This document shows, in pieces, positions 22,969 through 34,075 of a DNA stretch of 64,000 nt. Positions within the stretch are counted from its first letter, which is position 1, and the number at the start of each line of letters is the position of its first letter. Location of the stretch: assembly GCA_964019335.1 (NCBI GenBank), contig OZ025696.1, positions 248,001 to 312,000 of the forward strand, given 5' to 3'. Below the pieces are notes generated by a model. That model was not told the origin of the DNA and ran no database searches. It worked only from the letters and a program-made list of their open reading frames with translations. A program made the position numbers and the translations under genes. This DNA is from Diplonema japonicum. Taxonomy: Eukaryota; Protista; Euglenozoa: Diplonemea.

Positions 22969-25900
22969 TCAGGCAGACTGGTACAGCTCCAAGGTGTACC
23001 CATTACGGGTGAAGTCGGTGGGGGTACCGAGGACCCTGTCAGCAGTCTGGGAGCGGACGCCGCCAGTGGCCGCGAGGGGCCAGCAGGTGTTCTGGGAGGG
23101 TTGGAAGACCCACGCCTTGCAGTCCTTGTCATCGGAGCAGGTTTTGCAGCAGGTCGCCTGGTCGCACTGCAGCCCATTGGGGTAGGACGGGGACCTCACC
23201 CCTGCCCCCGCATCCGTGTCCATCGCCACCAAGCAGTTCTTCCCAACGAGGGTCTGCTTCGCTGCCTCTGCAGTGGCGTTCGCGAACAGTGCGTTGAAGC
23301 TCCCCACAAGGCTCTGGAACCTCGCGATGTCCTTCCCCGCCGTGTACGAGAAGGTGTCCGCCATCGACCCCACACGCAGCATCGGTGACCCGTTGGGGTC
23401 CACCTGCTGTGCCCCAGGGGTCGTCCTCGTCTCGTCCAGGTTCCTCTTCGCAAAGTGTCCCCTCCTCATCTTTCCCTTGAAGCCGCTGAGGTCAGGGGTG
23501 CTCCCTCCCGCGAAGTCCACTTGGAACACCACAGTCGTGGTGACGGGTGCAGGCCTCCCCTCCACCCTCACCGTCATGCTCTCCCCATCGTAAGACCAGG
23601 TCCCCACACCTCCCCACCTGCTGAAAGCGTAAGCCTGCCCCCCGACCTTCACGCTCGTCGGAGGCATCGAGTTCACAATCTTGAGCACCGCTGCCCTGCT
23701 GCTCGGCTGCCCCGGGAACGTCCCCGTCGTGTTTGTCGAGAACAGCATCTGCGTCCCGCTCCTGGTGTACGCTGCATTCACCCATCCCGACTTCCCCTGT
23801 GGTTTTGTGTTTGAGGGGGAGTTTTTTCTTTTCTTTTTTGTGTCACACCTGAAGGTAGTCGTAGGTACCACCGTCGTCCTCGTACACAGCGGCCTTTCCA
23901 GATGTGGCCCCAGGGAACACCTGTGTGTTTTGTGTTATAGTTCAAATTTTTCTCTATTCTCATTATTCTTGTTCCGTTTCCATACACTGAACTCAAGGAC
24001 GTTGTAAGGGTCAGCGGCCCTCCCGATGGAGTTCCCTGTGGAGATGGGGATGGTGGTGATGATGGCCCCCGCCCTCACGTACAGAGGGATCTCCCAGTTC
24101 GCGAACTTCTTGTCCATGAGCTGAGGACCTGTGTAGCTGCGCCCGCTGTGCCACTCCACCCAGGAACCAGGGGGCAGCCACACCTTCTGTGGGGTCACCC
24201 CACACGGTTCCTCCAGAGGCATCCTCGTCGAGGTGCACCCTGCACTGCTCGTCACAGGGGCCGCAAGGATGTCCTCCCCGAACATGTACTGCCTTGTCGT
24301 TGGCTCTTGCCCGAGGTCCTTGTCCATCGAGACAGGGTACGCCATCGCCTCAGAGGGGTAGTGGTAGTACATCGGGCGGATGAGCCCAACCCCGCTCTCA
24401 AAAGCCTTCTTCGTGTGGGTGTAGATGTATGGGACAAGCCCTGCCCTCAGGGTCAGCGCCTCACGGTTCATTTCCTCGTAGGCACGCGGGACGTTGTAAG
24501 GGCGCACATTCCAGCAGTCAGTTGTTGCAGTGGGCCACTGCTTGCAGCCACCTGCCGACCCACCCCTGTCGTGTGAGCGCATGATCCCACTCACGGAACC
24601 AAGCTGGATCCACCTCACGAACATCTCATGGTCGTCACCAGGTCCCACAATGTCGTGCGACCAGTAGCCCCAACCAACGTTCACTGCCGTCGCTGTGAAG
24701 TAGGCCTGGTAGGCCAGGTTCGACCACTTAAGACCAGACACGTCACCGCTGAAGCCGTGCTGGTAGCGGTGGTTCCCGAGCCCGCCCCACCTGGCATGGA
24801 CCACACCACGCTTGTTCGTGCACCTCCCGTTCTGCACGCAGCGTCTCTTCGGGTCCGTCACACGCATCTTGTCCGTCCAGATAGTGGGGTTCATCTTCAA
24901 CCTGGGGTCCTGCCCAGTGCCACCAGCGGACTCTCCCTGCTGCCAGTCGATCCACCAGAAGTCCATCCCATCCTCCTCAATAGGCTGCACGATCACATCC
25001 TCCAGCACATTGACGTAGGACTTGTTCACAAGGGTGAAGGGGATCCCCTTCGGGCCCCCAGGGTTGCTCGGGTTCAGTCCCAGGGCAGTGCAAGCCTCCA
25101 GGTACCTGTCCTCCCACTTCCCGATCCCAGTGGCATCGTGAAGGTTTGCCGCCACAAGGAGGCCCTTCTGGTGGAAGTAGTCCATCGTGTCCTGTGGGAC
25201 CTGGTACAGGTTGGGGTCCCACGAGTAGCCAGACCAGTCATCCTTCTTGTGCCAGTTCATGTCCAGCACCATCACGTCCAGCGGCATACCGTGGCGCTCG
25301 TACTCCCCAACGATATCGCGGACGTCCTTGTTCGCAAAGTCGTACCACCTTGTGAACCACACCCCGTGGTTGTTGCGGGGGAAGATGGGGATGTGTCCAC
25401 CGATCTGCGTGTAGTCGCGAAGGGCCGTCATGTAATCGTGGGAGTAGGCGAGGAGGTACAGGTCCTCAGTGTCAGCGTTCTTCAACATCTTCCCACTGTC
25501 GTCGGTCCACCAGTCGTCCCCATCCATGCAGGGAACGTCGGTGTCGTCCACCAAAGCCCATCCGTTCTTGCTCACGAGACCCCACTCGCAGTGTTCCATC
25601 TTTGTAGTCGAGCAGTCAAGTGTCCCGTTCTGCTGCCCGTCGAGGGTGCGGAAGGTCCCCCTGAGGTTTCCCTTGTCAGTCGCACTGGTCTGTCCGTAGG
25701 TCCATGTTGTGAAGGTGCTGCTCCCAACGGGCTCCACCTTGAAAACGGAGGCTGTCTTGAAGTCGCCGCTCCCAGCGGTGTAGGTGAGCTTCGCCCTCGC
25801 CGTGGTGATGGTGACCGTCCCGCCCACGTTGCTCTGCGTGAACTGCGGTACAGGGGTCTTCCTGTTCACCACTGCCAGGGTCGGCCTGTCCTCGAACGCC

Positions 25901-26082
25901 CCGCTCTCGCTGTACTCCATTCGGAGAAGCCCGTCAGCCAGCACAGTGAACCGCGCCTTCCCCGCCACCACAGTCGCAGCCACCTCCGCCACAGAGTCGT
26001 ACGGGTACAGCTCGTACTTCATCACGCTAGCTTGCGTCCCCAGCACACACACAGCGAGCGCCGCTGCTACACGGCACTGCAT
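22969..26082 (-). CDS. Secreted GH31 glycosidase with C-terminal PAN/apple domain; exons 26082-23986, 23920-23849, 23796-22969
   Basis: Motifs LDMNWH, FWWIDWQQG (nucleophile), FSGD, WSHDI, QYMFG. Spliced exon 2 restores VYEDDG. PAN motif CC..C....CKAW....CW. Confidence 0.9.
23797..23848 (-). other. GT-AG intron, 52 nt, A/C-rich
   Basis: CAG|GTGTGA...AAAACCACAG|GGG, phase 0, frame restored. Confidence 0.85.
23921..23985 (-). other. GT-AG intron, 65 nt, A-rich
   Basis: AGT|GTATGG...AAAACACACAG|GTG, phase 0. Confidence 0.85.
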
Positions 26083-26799
26083 CTTCAAAGGTGCTTTTGT
26101 TTTTGTGCTCTTTTCACTTGTTTCCTGTTAAAGATTTAAAGTTCAACATAACTGAAGAAAGAAGCAAAAAAAGAAAACAAAGAAAATGGTCAGAACAAGA
26201 AACCCGCAAAGGGTACGTGTTATAAAAGAAACAAGTCTACAACTGACGAAGGGAAAAAAAAGAAGAAGAAAAGAAAAACACAATTTTGATTGATGTTTGA
26301 AGGGAAAAAAAAAAAAAAAAGAAAAAGCGGGGGAATGGGTTGCGAATTACGTATTCACTATTCTGTTCTGTTTGACACCGAAAAAAGTTGCGAGACACGT
26401 GCAAAGAAAACCGCAGGATGATGATGGTTGCTTTTTTTCTTTTTTTTTTTTGCTAAAAGAAAATTTTCGTTTGGCAGAGACAAAGCTCATCATAGGGCAT
26501 GAAATGCTCTTGGGGTTTTAAAAGAAAGTACGCGTATCTCTTTCCTTTTTTTTCCCTTCTTCCTTGTCTATTTTTATTATTCTGATTAAAAAAAAAAAAA
26601 AAAGGTTTCTCTAAAAAAAAAGAAAATAGTAATTCAAACAAATTAAGGAGAAAATAAGAGTTACTCTCCCCTGATCTGGTAGCAAATAAATCTCATCGCT
26701 TTTCTCCAAAGGGATCCAATGGGAAAAAAAGAAAAAAAAAAAGAAAAGGAAATAAAAGGGGGGGTCCGAATAATCCCTCTATTTGGGCAAAAGAAAAAG

Positions 26800-26990
26800 A
26801 ATTATTTGGAATACACTTATTTGGGCTGGGGGACCAGCCACATGTGTTCTTGTCAGTTCTCCCAGGCCGCGGAGAAACTACGCTGAGAGGTTGCGGAGGT
26901 CTGAGAGGCTGCTGGGGCTTGACAAGCTTGCAAGGGCTTGGGAGGCTGCTGGAGCCTCGTCGCACGATCGACCTACATTCGAAGTGCTCA
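26800..26990 (-). repeat. Dispersed repeat family 4
   Basis: Homologous to 16352-16580. Confidence 0.7.
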
Positions 26991-27209
26991 AACCGACGGA
27001 AATCGACTTTTTTTGGTCAAAAAAGGGGTGCAGTACATGGGTTAGGTGGTTGTATCTTTTCCCCGGGGAAAAAAAAAATCTTTTTTTTTGGGAAAAAAAA
27101 ACACATTATTTGGGATGGAATTATTCGGGCCCCCCTTTAGTAAAAATAAAAAGGGGGGGGGGTGGGGGGGAACAACAAGATTTAACAAGAAAAAAAAGGG
27201 GGGGGAAAA

Positions 27210-27252
27210 TATGAGCAATGAGGTCTTTGTGAGACGCTCGTGATCTCATCTC
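27210..27252 (-). repeat. Degenerate LINE family 2 3' end
   Basis: ATATGAGC..GAGGTCTTTGTGAGACGC..TCTCATCT. Confidence 0.6.
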
Positions 27253-27639
27253 CATTATTAAAATGTGACTTGATTTTAGCGGGCCATGCAATATGCTTCG
27301 CCCCGATTATTAAAGAGAGTAGTGTGGTAAAAAAAAAAACTTGTTAAGCTTTGGTTTGTCATTTTCTTTTTCTTCCTTCTCTTTCTCTCGAGCAAAGGTG
27401 TGCAACAGGTACTATAGACTCTGCCGACACTTCTTTTTTTTTTTCCCCCCCTTATTGCATTTGAATTAAAAAAATAAAATAAAAAAGAAGGCCGTGCCTA
27501 TTAAACAGGCATTGATGAAACTAGTTTTTTTTTTTTTCTTCTTTTTTTTAAAAGGCCTAATCGCTATACCGCTACCAGTCCGGTATTTGTAATCCATACT
27601 GGTTAATCAAGGTCTAAGAATTGGCCGGGGCAAAAAGAT

Positions 27640-27876
27640 TTAGCGGCAAGTAAGTCGTTTTATTTCGCTCTTCGTCATTTGAGTCACTCTTCACTGCCTC
27701 AGATGGCCAAAAATAGTCAAAAATACCCCATCCCCTAAAAATATCTTTCAAGGGGGTTAGGTCACGACAAGACCCTTTTTTTTTCCACTCCAAGCCTCCA
27801 AAATCTGATAATTTAACTAGTTAAAATTATGCCGTTTCGCGTTAAAATTATGAAAAGAAAATGACGAAGAGTGAAA
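27640..27876. mobile_element. Truncated inverted copy of the cassette at 46905-47368
   Basis: GCGGCAAGTAAGTCGTTTTATTTC.CTCTTCGTCATTT ... AAAATGACGAAGAGTGAAA. Confidence 0.75.
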
Positions 27877-27991
27877 AAAAAAAAAAAAAAAAAAAAAAGC
27901 TAAATCTTTTTATTATTTTAGTCAAAAAAAGAAAAGAAAAGAAAAGTCAACATCTCGGTTGCAGCATCACATGCATGACATGAAAAAGGTC

Positions 27992-30900
27992 TCAAAAACT
28001 ATCAAATTGAGACTTCAGTTCACCGCGTTCCATATATTCAGGCACAGGAGCAGCCGCAGAAGAAGGATACGTGGCTGGGTCCAGAGGAGGAAAGGGAGCA
28101 GCAGATGTAAACAACTTTTTTTAAAAAAAGATTTTTTTTTTTTTTTTTTTTTCGCACACCTCTACAGAAAGCTTTGCCCGATTACCTGAAACGATAGTGT
28201 CCCGATACCACTGCAGCATGAAGCTTTTCGTAATCGATGAGATGTAACTGTGGACCTTTTCCTTGTGGTCCCACACACGGTCTTCGTTGACAATGTGTGT
28301 CCAAGTCTCTGCAATCTCTTTCTCAATGGAAAGAGGGGGCTCTAACATACTCTTTGCAACAGAGTCACGGATCACATTGAAGGCCTCCTCGCTCATTGTG
28401 TCAAGCGTGTTGGCGTACTCCGCGAGGAAATTTTCAATACGTCCGTCCAGGTAGGCAGCGTTGCGGCTGTTGGACTGCACTGCACACAGTAGCACCCATA
28501 CGTTTTTAATCTTCCTTTCTGACGCGAAAGCAGTGTACCCCAAGGCCTCTTTGCCTCGTATCTGTTCAACATAGTTCTCTCCAACAAGCTGCCCTAACAA
28601 CAAGGATAGCCCTTCATTCTGGACACTGTGCACACCGATTTGATACGTTGCCCTCACTGCGTCATCCTTGCTTGTTGAGTCCTGGTTTTGTATTTGGACA
28701 ACCGCCCATCCGTTCTGTAGCTTGTGGACAAGCCTCTCTTCCTTCTTTACCTCCGCCGGCTTTGTGCAGATGCTTGTCGAATCTAAGATGTCCGTGAATT
28801 TTTTCACGTGGGCTTCCGGGTCCTTGAAGTTCCCTTGTACCAAAAGCCTGCACCCTGTGCCTCTGTACGCTTGCAGTGCTTCGCTGATGCTGTCTGTTGT
28901 GATGTTCGCCAGCTCGCGGAGCATCGCCTCCTTCGGGACCTCCGTTGCGATCAGCTCCTTCAAACTGATGTAATAAGCGTTTGCGTAGGCCTCGTGGGTC
29001 TTGACCTCTCGGAAGCTCTCTGTTACCAGCTGCAGACGGTCGTCGGGAACCGCACCGAGCGGATCCTCCAGCGCTGAAAGAACAGTTTTGAAAATCTCGG
29101 TCTGCTTGGGCGACACCCCCGACACGGTGATATCGATGTAGTCCACCTCATACGTCAGCTTGTACGTCAGTGACGCAAGGCCTGCCTTGTACGTGACGTC
29201 CTCAAGTGCAATGCGAACACTGTCGGCAGCAAGGTCAAAGGCAAGCTTGTCCAGAGGCGGCACGGTACCGTTAACGATCGGCAGGTCTGTGCTGCGGTAC
29301 ATCCGGAAGACAAAGGCAGAGAACGGAACCTTTGTTGTTGTGCCTTTGTAAGCCGCGTCGATCGTCGCATGGGAGTACCACTTAGGCGCTGACGACAGGA
29401 CGTTATCAGGAGGCGATGTGTGCAGCGCCTGTGCCTCGCCCACTGTCACACCATACTCGCTGTTGTTCCCCGCGAGTGTCAGACGGCTTGCCTCAGGAGG
29501 CGGGGTGGCCCACTTGTTGTACGATTCATCAGTGATGTCGTCATAGCTGTACGGGATGTTGTACCACTTCTCAGTCAGGGTGGTCTTGCCGACCGCTGAT
29601 GCGGTGAGCAACAAGACAATGGAGTTCTTTGCGTCCATTGCGTCCATGCATGTCTGTGCGGTATCGGCGTCGAAACGCAGCTCGGACGGAGGCTGCAGAA
29701 CAGTCTCGATGGGTGTGTTCGCCATCTTTTCGGTTACGCCCGACACGAAAGACGACGGGTTGGGGCTCTTCACGTCGAAGGTCCATGCGACGTGGCGCAG
29801 CTCCTTGCGTTCGTTGAACCACTGCTCCAAGAGCCCCTTGTTCTTCTTTATAAGCGCAACGTACGAATAAACAATGGCGATGACGTCGTCCATACGGTTC
29901 TCGCCCTCAGGGGTCAGCGTCACGTAGCATGCGATTGTTGTGAACCATGCTTGATGGTCGTCGACACCAGCTGTGATGGATGTCGCCAGACCAGCATCGA
30001 CCAGTGTGTGCAGCAGCCTGCCCTCGGACTTGTCCATGAAGATATCGTTCAGAATAGAAACACCATTGTCTGGGTACTTCCCGTCGATGGTCAGCTCGAT
30101 GGGCCATATCACAATTGCTTGCCGAAGATCCATGTTGCTGGGTACAACGTTGAGAATCTTTTGTGTGTACCTGGCGGTGACCTGGTCGCGGGAGGCATTT
30201 CCGCCGTTTGGAAACGGCTGCGGGTAGTTTGTCGGGTCCGCCTTCCAAGGTTGCGGGGGTGCATCTGTTTTGTTGACACTTGAAAAACTCTTTTCAAGCA
30301 TGTCTTGCATCTCTGCGATCGAGTGGTTAGACAAAATCGCGATTGTGTACCGATTGGTGGCGTACTGTGCATCGTAGAAGGCTACCAGAGCGTCACGGAT
30401 TCCTGTTTTGTTGAGCGTGGCGCTGTTTCCCGTTCCGAACGAGTTGAACGGGGTAACCGGCGACGAGATCGCCTCCACCAATTGCCAGGTGCGGTACACG
30501 TCGTTGTTCTGGTTCTTGCTGTTTTCGTTGTCGACGGCCTTTATCTCCCTGTCCATCGTGTTCTCCACAAACAGAGGCGATTCGAAAAAACCACCGAAAA
30601 CATCGAGGGATTCAGCGAGACCGTCAGTCTGAACCTGGTAATAGTAATTAGTGTTCTCCCGCTTTGTAAACGCATTGTAATACCCGGAATACTTTTGAAG
30701 CGTCTCGGCAAATTTCGACTCGCCTGGGTATCTCTTACTGCCTCTGAATAACATGTGCTCATTGAAATGAGCCAGACCGAACCACTCCTTCGGGTCGGAG
30801 AAGGTACCCACGCTGTCAACGTTTAGTGAAGCGGCAGACATCGACGCCTTGTCATCTGCTATGAGAAGGTATTTTATACCGTTTTCCATGATGCCGGACT

Positions 30901-31255
30901 TGAATTCTCTTGAATCGTAAGAGCTTTTCATGATGGGGCTATCGGTGGGAGGGCTGAGCGTGGATGGATCGGGTGATGGGGTGTTGTTAGTGACGTTGTC
31001 ATCGTCGTCATCGTCGTCGCGCGTCAACAGCACCGATACGGTGACCACGATAGCGATGACTAGAAGTGCGGCGATTCCGATGAAGATGTACATTTTGGTT
31101 TTGTTTCTCCGTTCCGTTTCTTCTCTTACCTTTCTAGTCGTTTCGTCCATCGGGTCCTTGTAGTCACCATTCATCTCGTCCTCGTGTTCCATCCCCTTCA
31201 TCTCCTCTATCAGCGCATCATCGATACGATCCTCGTTCTTAAATGTTGGAGCCAT
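27992..31255 (-). CDS. M16A (insulysin/pitrilysin-like) metallopeptidase with N-terminal TM anchor; exons 31255-28160, 28114-27992
   Basis: GLAHFNEHMLF (HxxEH), NAFT, REIKAVDNE. TM IFIGIAALLVIAIVVTVSVLL. A 45-nt intron replaces the poly-K ORF end with a 40-aa exon. Confidence 0.9.
28115..28159 (-). other. GT-AG intron, 45 nt, poly-A filled
   Basis: GAG|GTGTGC...AAAAAAG|TTG. Confidence 0.7.
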
Positions 31256-31488
31256 TTTATTTTTATTTCTTTTTTTTTTTTACAGCCTTTTTTTTTTTTT
31301 TTTTGTGGGAAAATTGGGGGATTTTCCTTTTATTTTCTTTTTGTTGAAGAATTAAAAAAAAAAAGGGGGGGAGAGAGAGAGAGACTCTTTTTTCTTTTTA
31401 TTTTCTTTTGCCACCGTTTCACAATAAAGTACTTTTCTTTATTTTTTCTTGTGTTATTTTCTTTTCTTTTTCAAAAGAAAATAAGAAA

Positions 31489-31517
31489 ATATGAGTTAAA
31501 GGAGGACTTTTGTGAGT
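31489..31517 (-). repeat. Degenerate LINE family 2 3' end
   Basis: ATATGAGTTAAAGGAGGACTTTTGTGAG. Confidence 0.6.
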
Positions 31518-31596
31518 ACGGCCAGGTGGTGGTCACCTGATCCCCTCATTTTTTTCCCCCCCTTCTTCTTCCTCTTCCGTCCTCTACTGGTGGGGA

Positions 31597-31718
31597 AAAG
31601 AGGAATTTGGCCGTTGTTTGTGCGTGCAGGATAACCCCTTGAGAAGAAGTTTGTAAACCCGAAACACGTTACCAACGTTTCACCGTTTATTTAGACAAGT
31701 CAAAGACTAGTTCTTGAA
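31597..31718 (-). repeat. Diverged solo copy of repeat C
   Basis: Collinear with 49210-49327. Confidence 0.8.
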
Positions 31719-32113
31719 AAACAGGGGGGGGGGGGGAGGGAGGGAAGGGAAACTATGTTTTTAGAGACCAAATTTTTACAACTGCTTTGTAAAATGTTTT
31801 GGTCTCAAAGATAACTTTTCCCCACACAAAAAAAGTGGGGGGGGGACACCTGGGAGGTTACATACAAGGGTTAGAGACTACGGGAAAAATAGAGAAAAAT
31901 TGGTGTAGGGCGACAAAACAAAGGAGAATAAAAAGGGGGGTGGGGAACGGGGGGCTTTCGTTTTTCTTTTTTTTGCATTTCTTATTCGCTTGGGTGGCTA
32001 AAAAAAGCGAGGTTTTCGGTCAGAAAGATTGTCCCAAAGAGAAAACATTCCACGGGAAGGCGGGCGAATTCCCACCTGTTTACCCCCTCCTTTTTATTTC
32101 TTAAACTGTAAAA

Positions 32114-32187
32114 AAAAAGAGTCGGTAGATTGTTGTTTGTGCACAGCCGGGGGGGGGTTAACCTGTAGAAGGATAAGCCCAACAATT
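32114..32187 (-). repeat. Short hairpin repeat G
   Basis: Matches 12981-13050. Confidence 0.8.
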
Positions 32188-32417
32188 TCTACCAGTACTC
32201 CTTTTTTTTTTTTTTTTTTTTTTTTGCAAATAACAAATTTCAGTATCAATACTATTGTTTTTTTTTTCTTGTTCAAAAAAAAGAAAAAAAAAAAAATACA
32301 CCAAAAAAATTCCTCCTCAGCTATAATAAAAAGAAAAGTGAGCAGTTCGAAAAGAAAAAAAATTTTTTTCTTCTTGTTTTCATGCAAAAAAAAACCATCC
32401 CCCCCCCCCCCCCCCCC

Positions 32418-33698
32418 CTACAAGTCATCCATAGAAAACGACGCCTGCTTCGCATGGACTTCATAAACATATGTTCTAGAAACTTCTGCGTCCATGGTTT
32501 TAGCGCTGCAAGCAATAACGTCTCTTGACGCATCGTAGCAGATGTCGGTGAGGTTGAGCCGTTGCTTGTTGAACAGTGGAAGAGTGTTAACTGCAGGATC
32601 AGCGGAGTTGAGATCTACACGAAGCACCTCAGTTCCACAACAAACAAAAGCAGCGTCTTCATGCACCACAAACTGCCCATCTGTTTCCATCGCACACGGC
32701 AGGTTGTACCTCCGAGTACTACCGCCTGACGCGAACGAATAGGTATACAACACAATCCCTTTCCGCTCACCTTGCGCCCGCATCGTGTATACAACGTAAT
32801 TCTTGCGAACCTGTATTGCAATACCCCGAGAAAGTGGGTCGATGGCTATTCGCGACTCAACAATATCTCTGTTTGCACCTAGAACAATAATCTCCCTGTC
32901 CATGAGAATGTACATTTTTGAAAGCGGTGTTACGTGCAAATCCAAAAAACATTTCTTCAATCCTGTGATTTCAAGCGGGACCCGTACTCGATTTCTAATG
33001 TTGTCTTTCAGTTCATATATGTCAAACTGCCCAAGAACGTAAATAATGGAGTTGAACATTCTGACGCGTTTTACAGTGAATTGAAAAGCAACAGTGGTGG
33101 GTTGTTTATTCATCTCGGTGATGCTAATGACACGGTCGTCACCGCTACAGGAAGCCCGGTTCCCGTCCTCCATTGTGATGTACTTCAGCTCGGAACGAAG
33201 AGGGCCGATAATGTTTTCGTTTTTAAAGAACGCTCCTCCTTGTAACGGAACCGGTTTTTTCATTGAAGTGTGCATATTGTGGTAATCAGGCGGCGGAAGC
33301 GAGTTTGGAACAACAGACGATGGAAAAGACCCCACACTCATTGTCGGGCTCATTGTTTGAAAAGTAGTCCTTCCCTTGTTGTGAAACTGCTGGCTTTTCT
33401 GCGGTTCTTTCATGTTTGTTGGGCTGCTGTGTGCCGATGACGGCTGCGAGTTCTGCCTTGTCTGCAAAGGGGAGTAGCTGCTTTGCTCTAGCATCAACTC
33501 CCTCTTTTGCGCCTCCAGCTCCACATTCTTCTCGCGGAGTTCGTCCACCTTTCTTTCGGCGTCCATCGCTCGCTTGCTCAATTCCGAGTACTTTTGTTTC
33601 ATGTGCTTTTCTGTCTCCTCCGTTCGCTTCTTGAGTTCGGCGTACTTGAGTTCCATGAAATCGATGTACTCGATTAACCTTGCGTCAATAGGCTTCAT
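32418..33698 (-). CDS. Hypothetical protein: N-terminal coiled coil + beta-rich (propeller-like) domain
   Basis: ATG 33698 after an A-tract. C-terminal domain is paralogous to 35953..36876. Confidence 0.8.
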   Translation of the reverse strand: MKPIDARLIEYIDFMELKYAELKKRTEETEKHMKQKYSELSKRAMDAERKVDELREKNVELEAQKRELMLEQSSYSPLQTRQNSQPSSAHSSPTNMKEPQKSQQFHNKGRTTFQTMSPTMSVGSFPSSVVPNSLPPPDYHNMHTSMKKPVPLQGGAFFKNENIIGPLRSELKYITMEDGNRASCSGDDRVISITEMNKQPTTVAFQFTVKRVRMFNSIIYVLGQFDIYELKDNIRNRVRVPLEITGLKKCFLDLHVTPLSKMYILMDREIIVLGANRDIVESRIAIDPLSRGIAIQVRKNYVVYTMRAQGERKGIVLYTYSFASGGSTRRYNLPCAMETDGQFVVHEDAAFVCCGTEVLRVDLNSADPAVNTLPLFNKQRLNLTDICYDASRDVIACSAKTMDAEVSRTYVYEVHAKQASFSMDDL

Positions 33699-34075
33699 TT
33701 TCTTTTCTTTTTTTTTTTTTTTTTTTCTTTTTCCCCGCAATTAAATATTGAACCACATTTTTCTTTAAAAAAAAAAAAAAAAGAAAAAAGTAAGCTGGGC
33801 AAGAAAGGGGGGGGAAAAAAAAAGAAGAAAAAAAAAAAAAAAAGCTAGAGCGGAAGAGGATTTATAAATAAAAGGAATTCAGAATTTTTTTATATGTTTC
33901 ATGGCAGTCAGACCACCTCTAGACACTCATCATCCACAGGACCTCATTTGACGTTTAAACGGACCTAGTCAACGGGACGTCACCTGCCTGTACACCGGCA
34001 TGCTGCTAGGGAACGATGGGTCTTTCCTGGATTTGTACTTTGCCATGGATTTTCAACTACAATATGGTAACATAT

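Noticed and set aside
24628-26139. 503-aa plus-strand ORF
   Set aside because: Antisense shadow of the GC-rich GH31 gene.
28115-28160. Stop-codon reassignment or RNA editing to explain ORFs ending in poly-K/F
   Set aside because: Canonical GT-AG introns restore the reading frames.
31422-31432. GTACTTTATTG on the minus strand, resembling the 3' end of euglenozoan spliced leaders, upstream of the M16 gene
   Set aside because: Only 11 AT-rich nucleotides and the match does not extend; plausible by chance.
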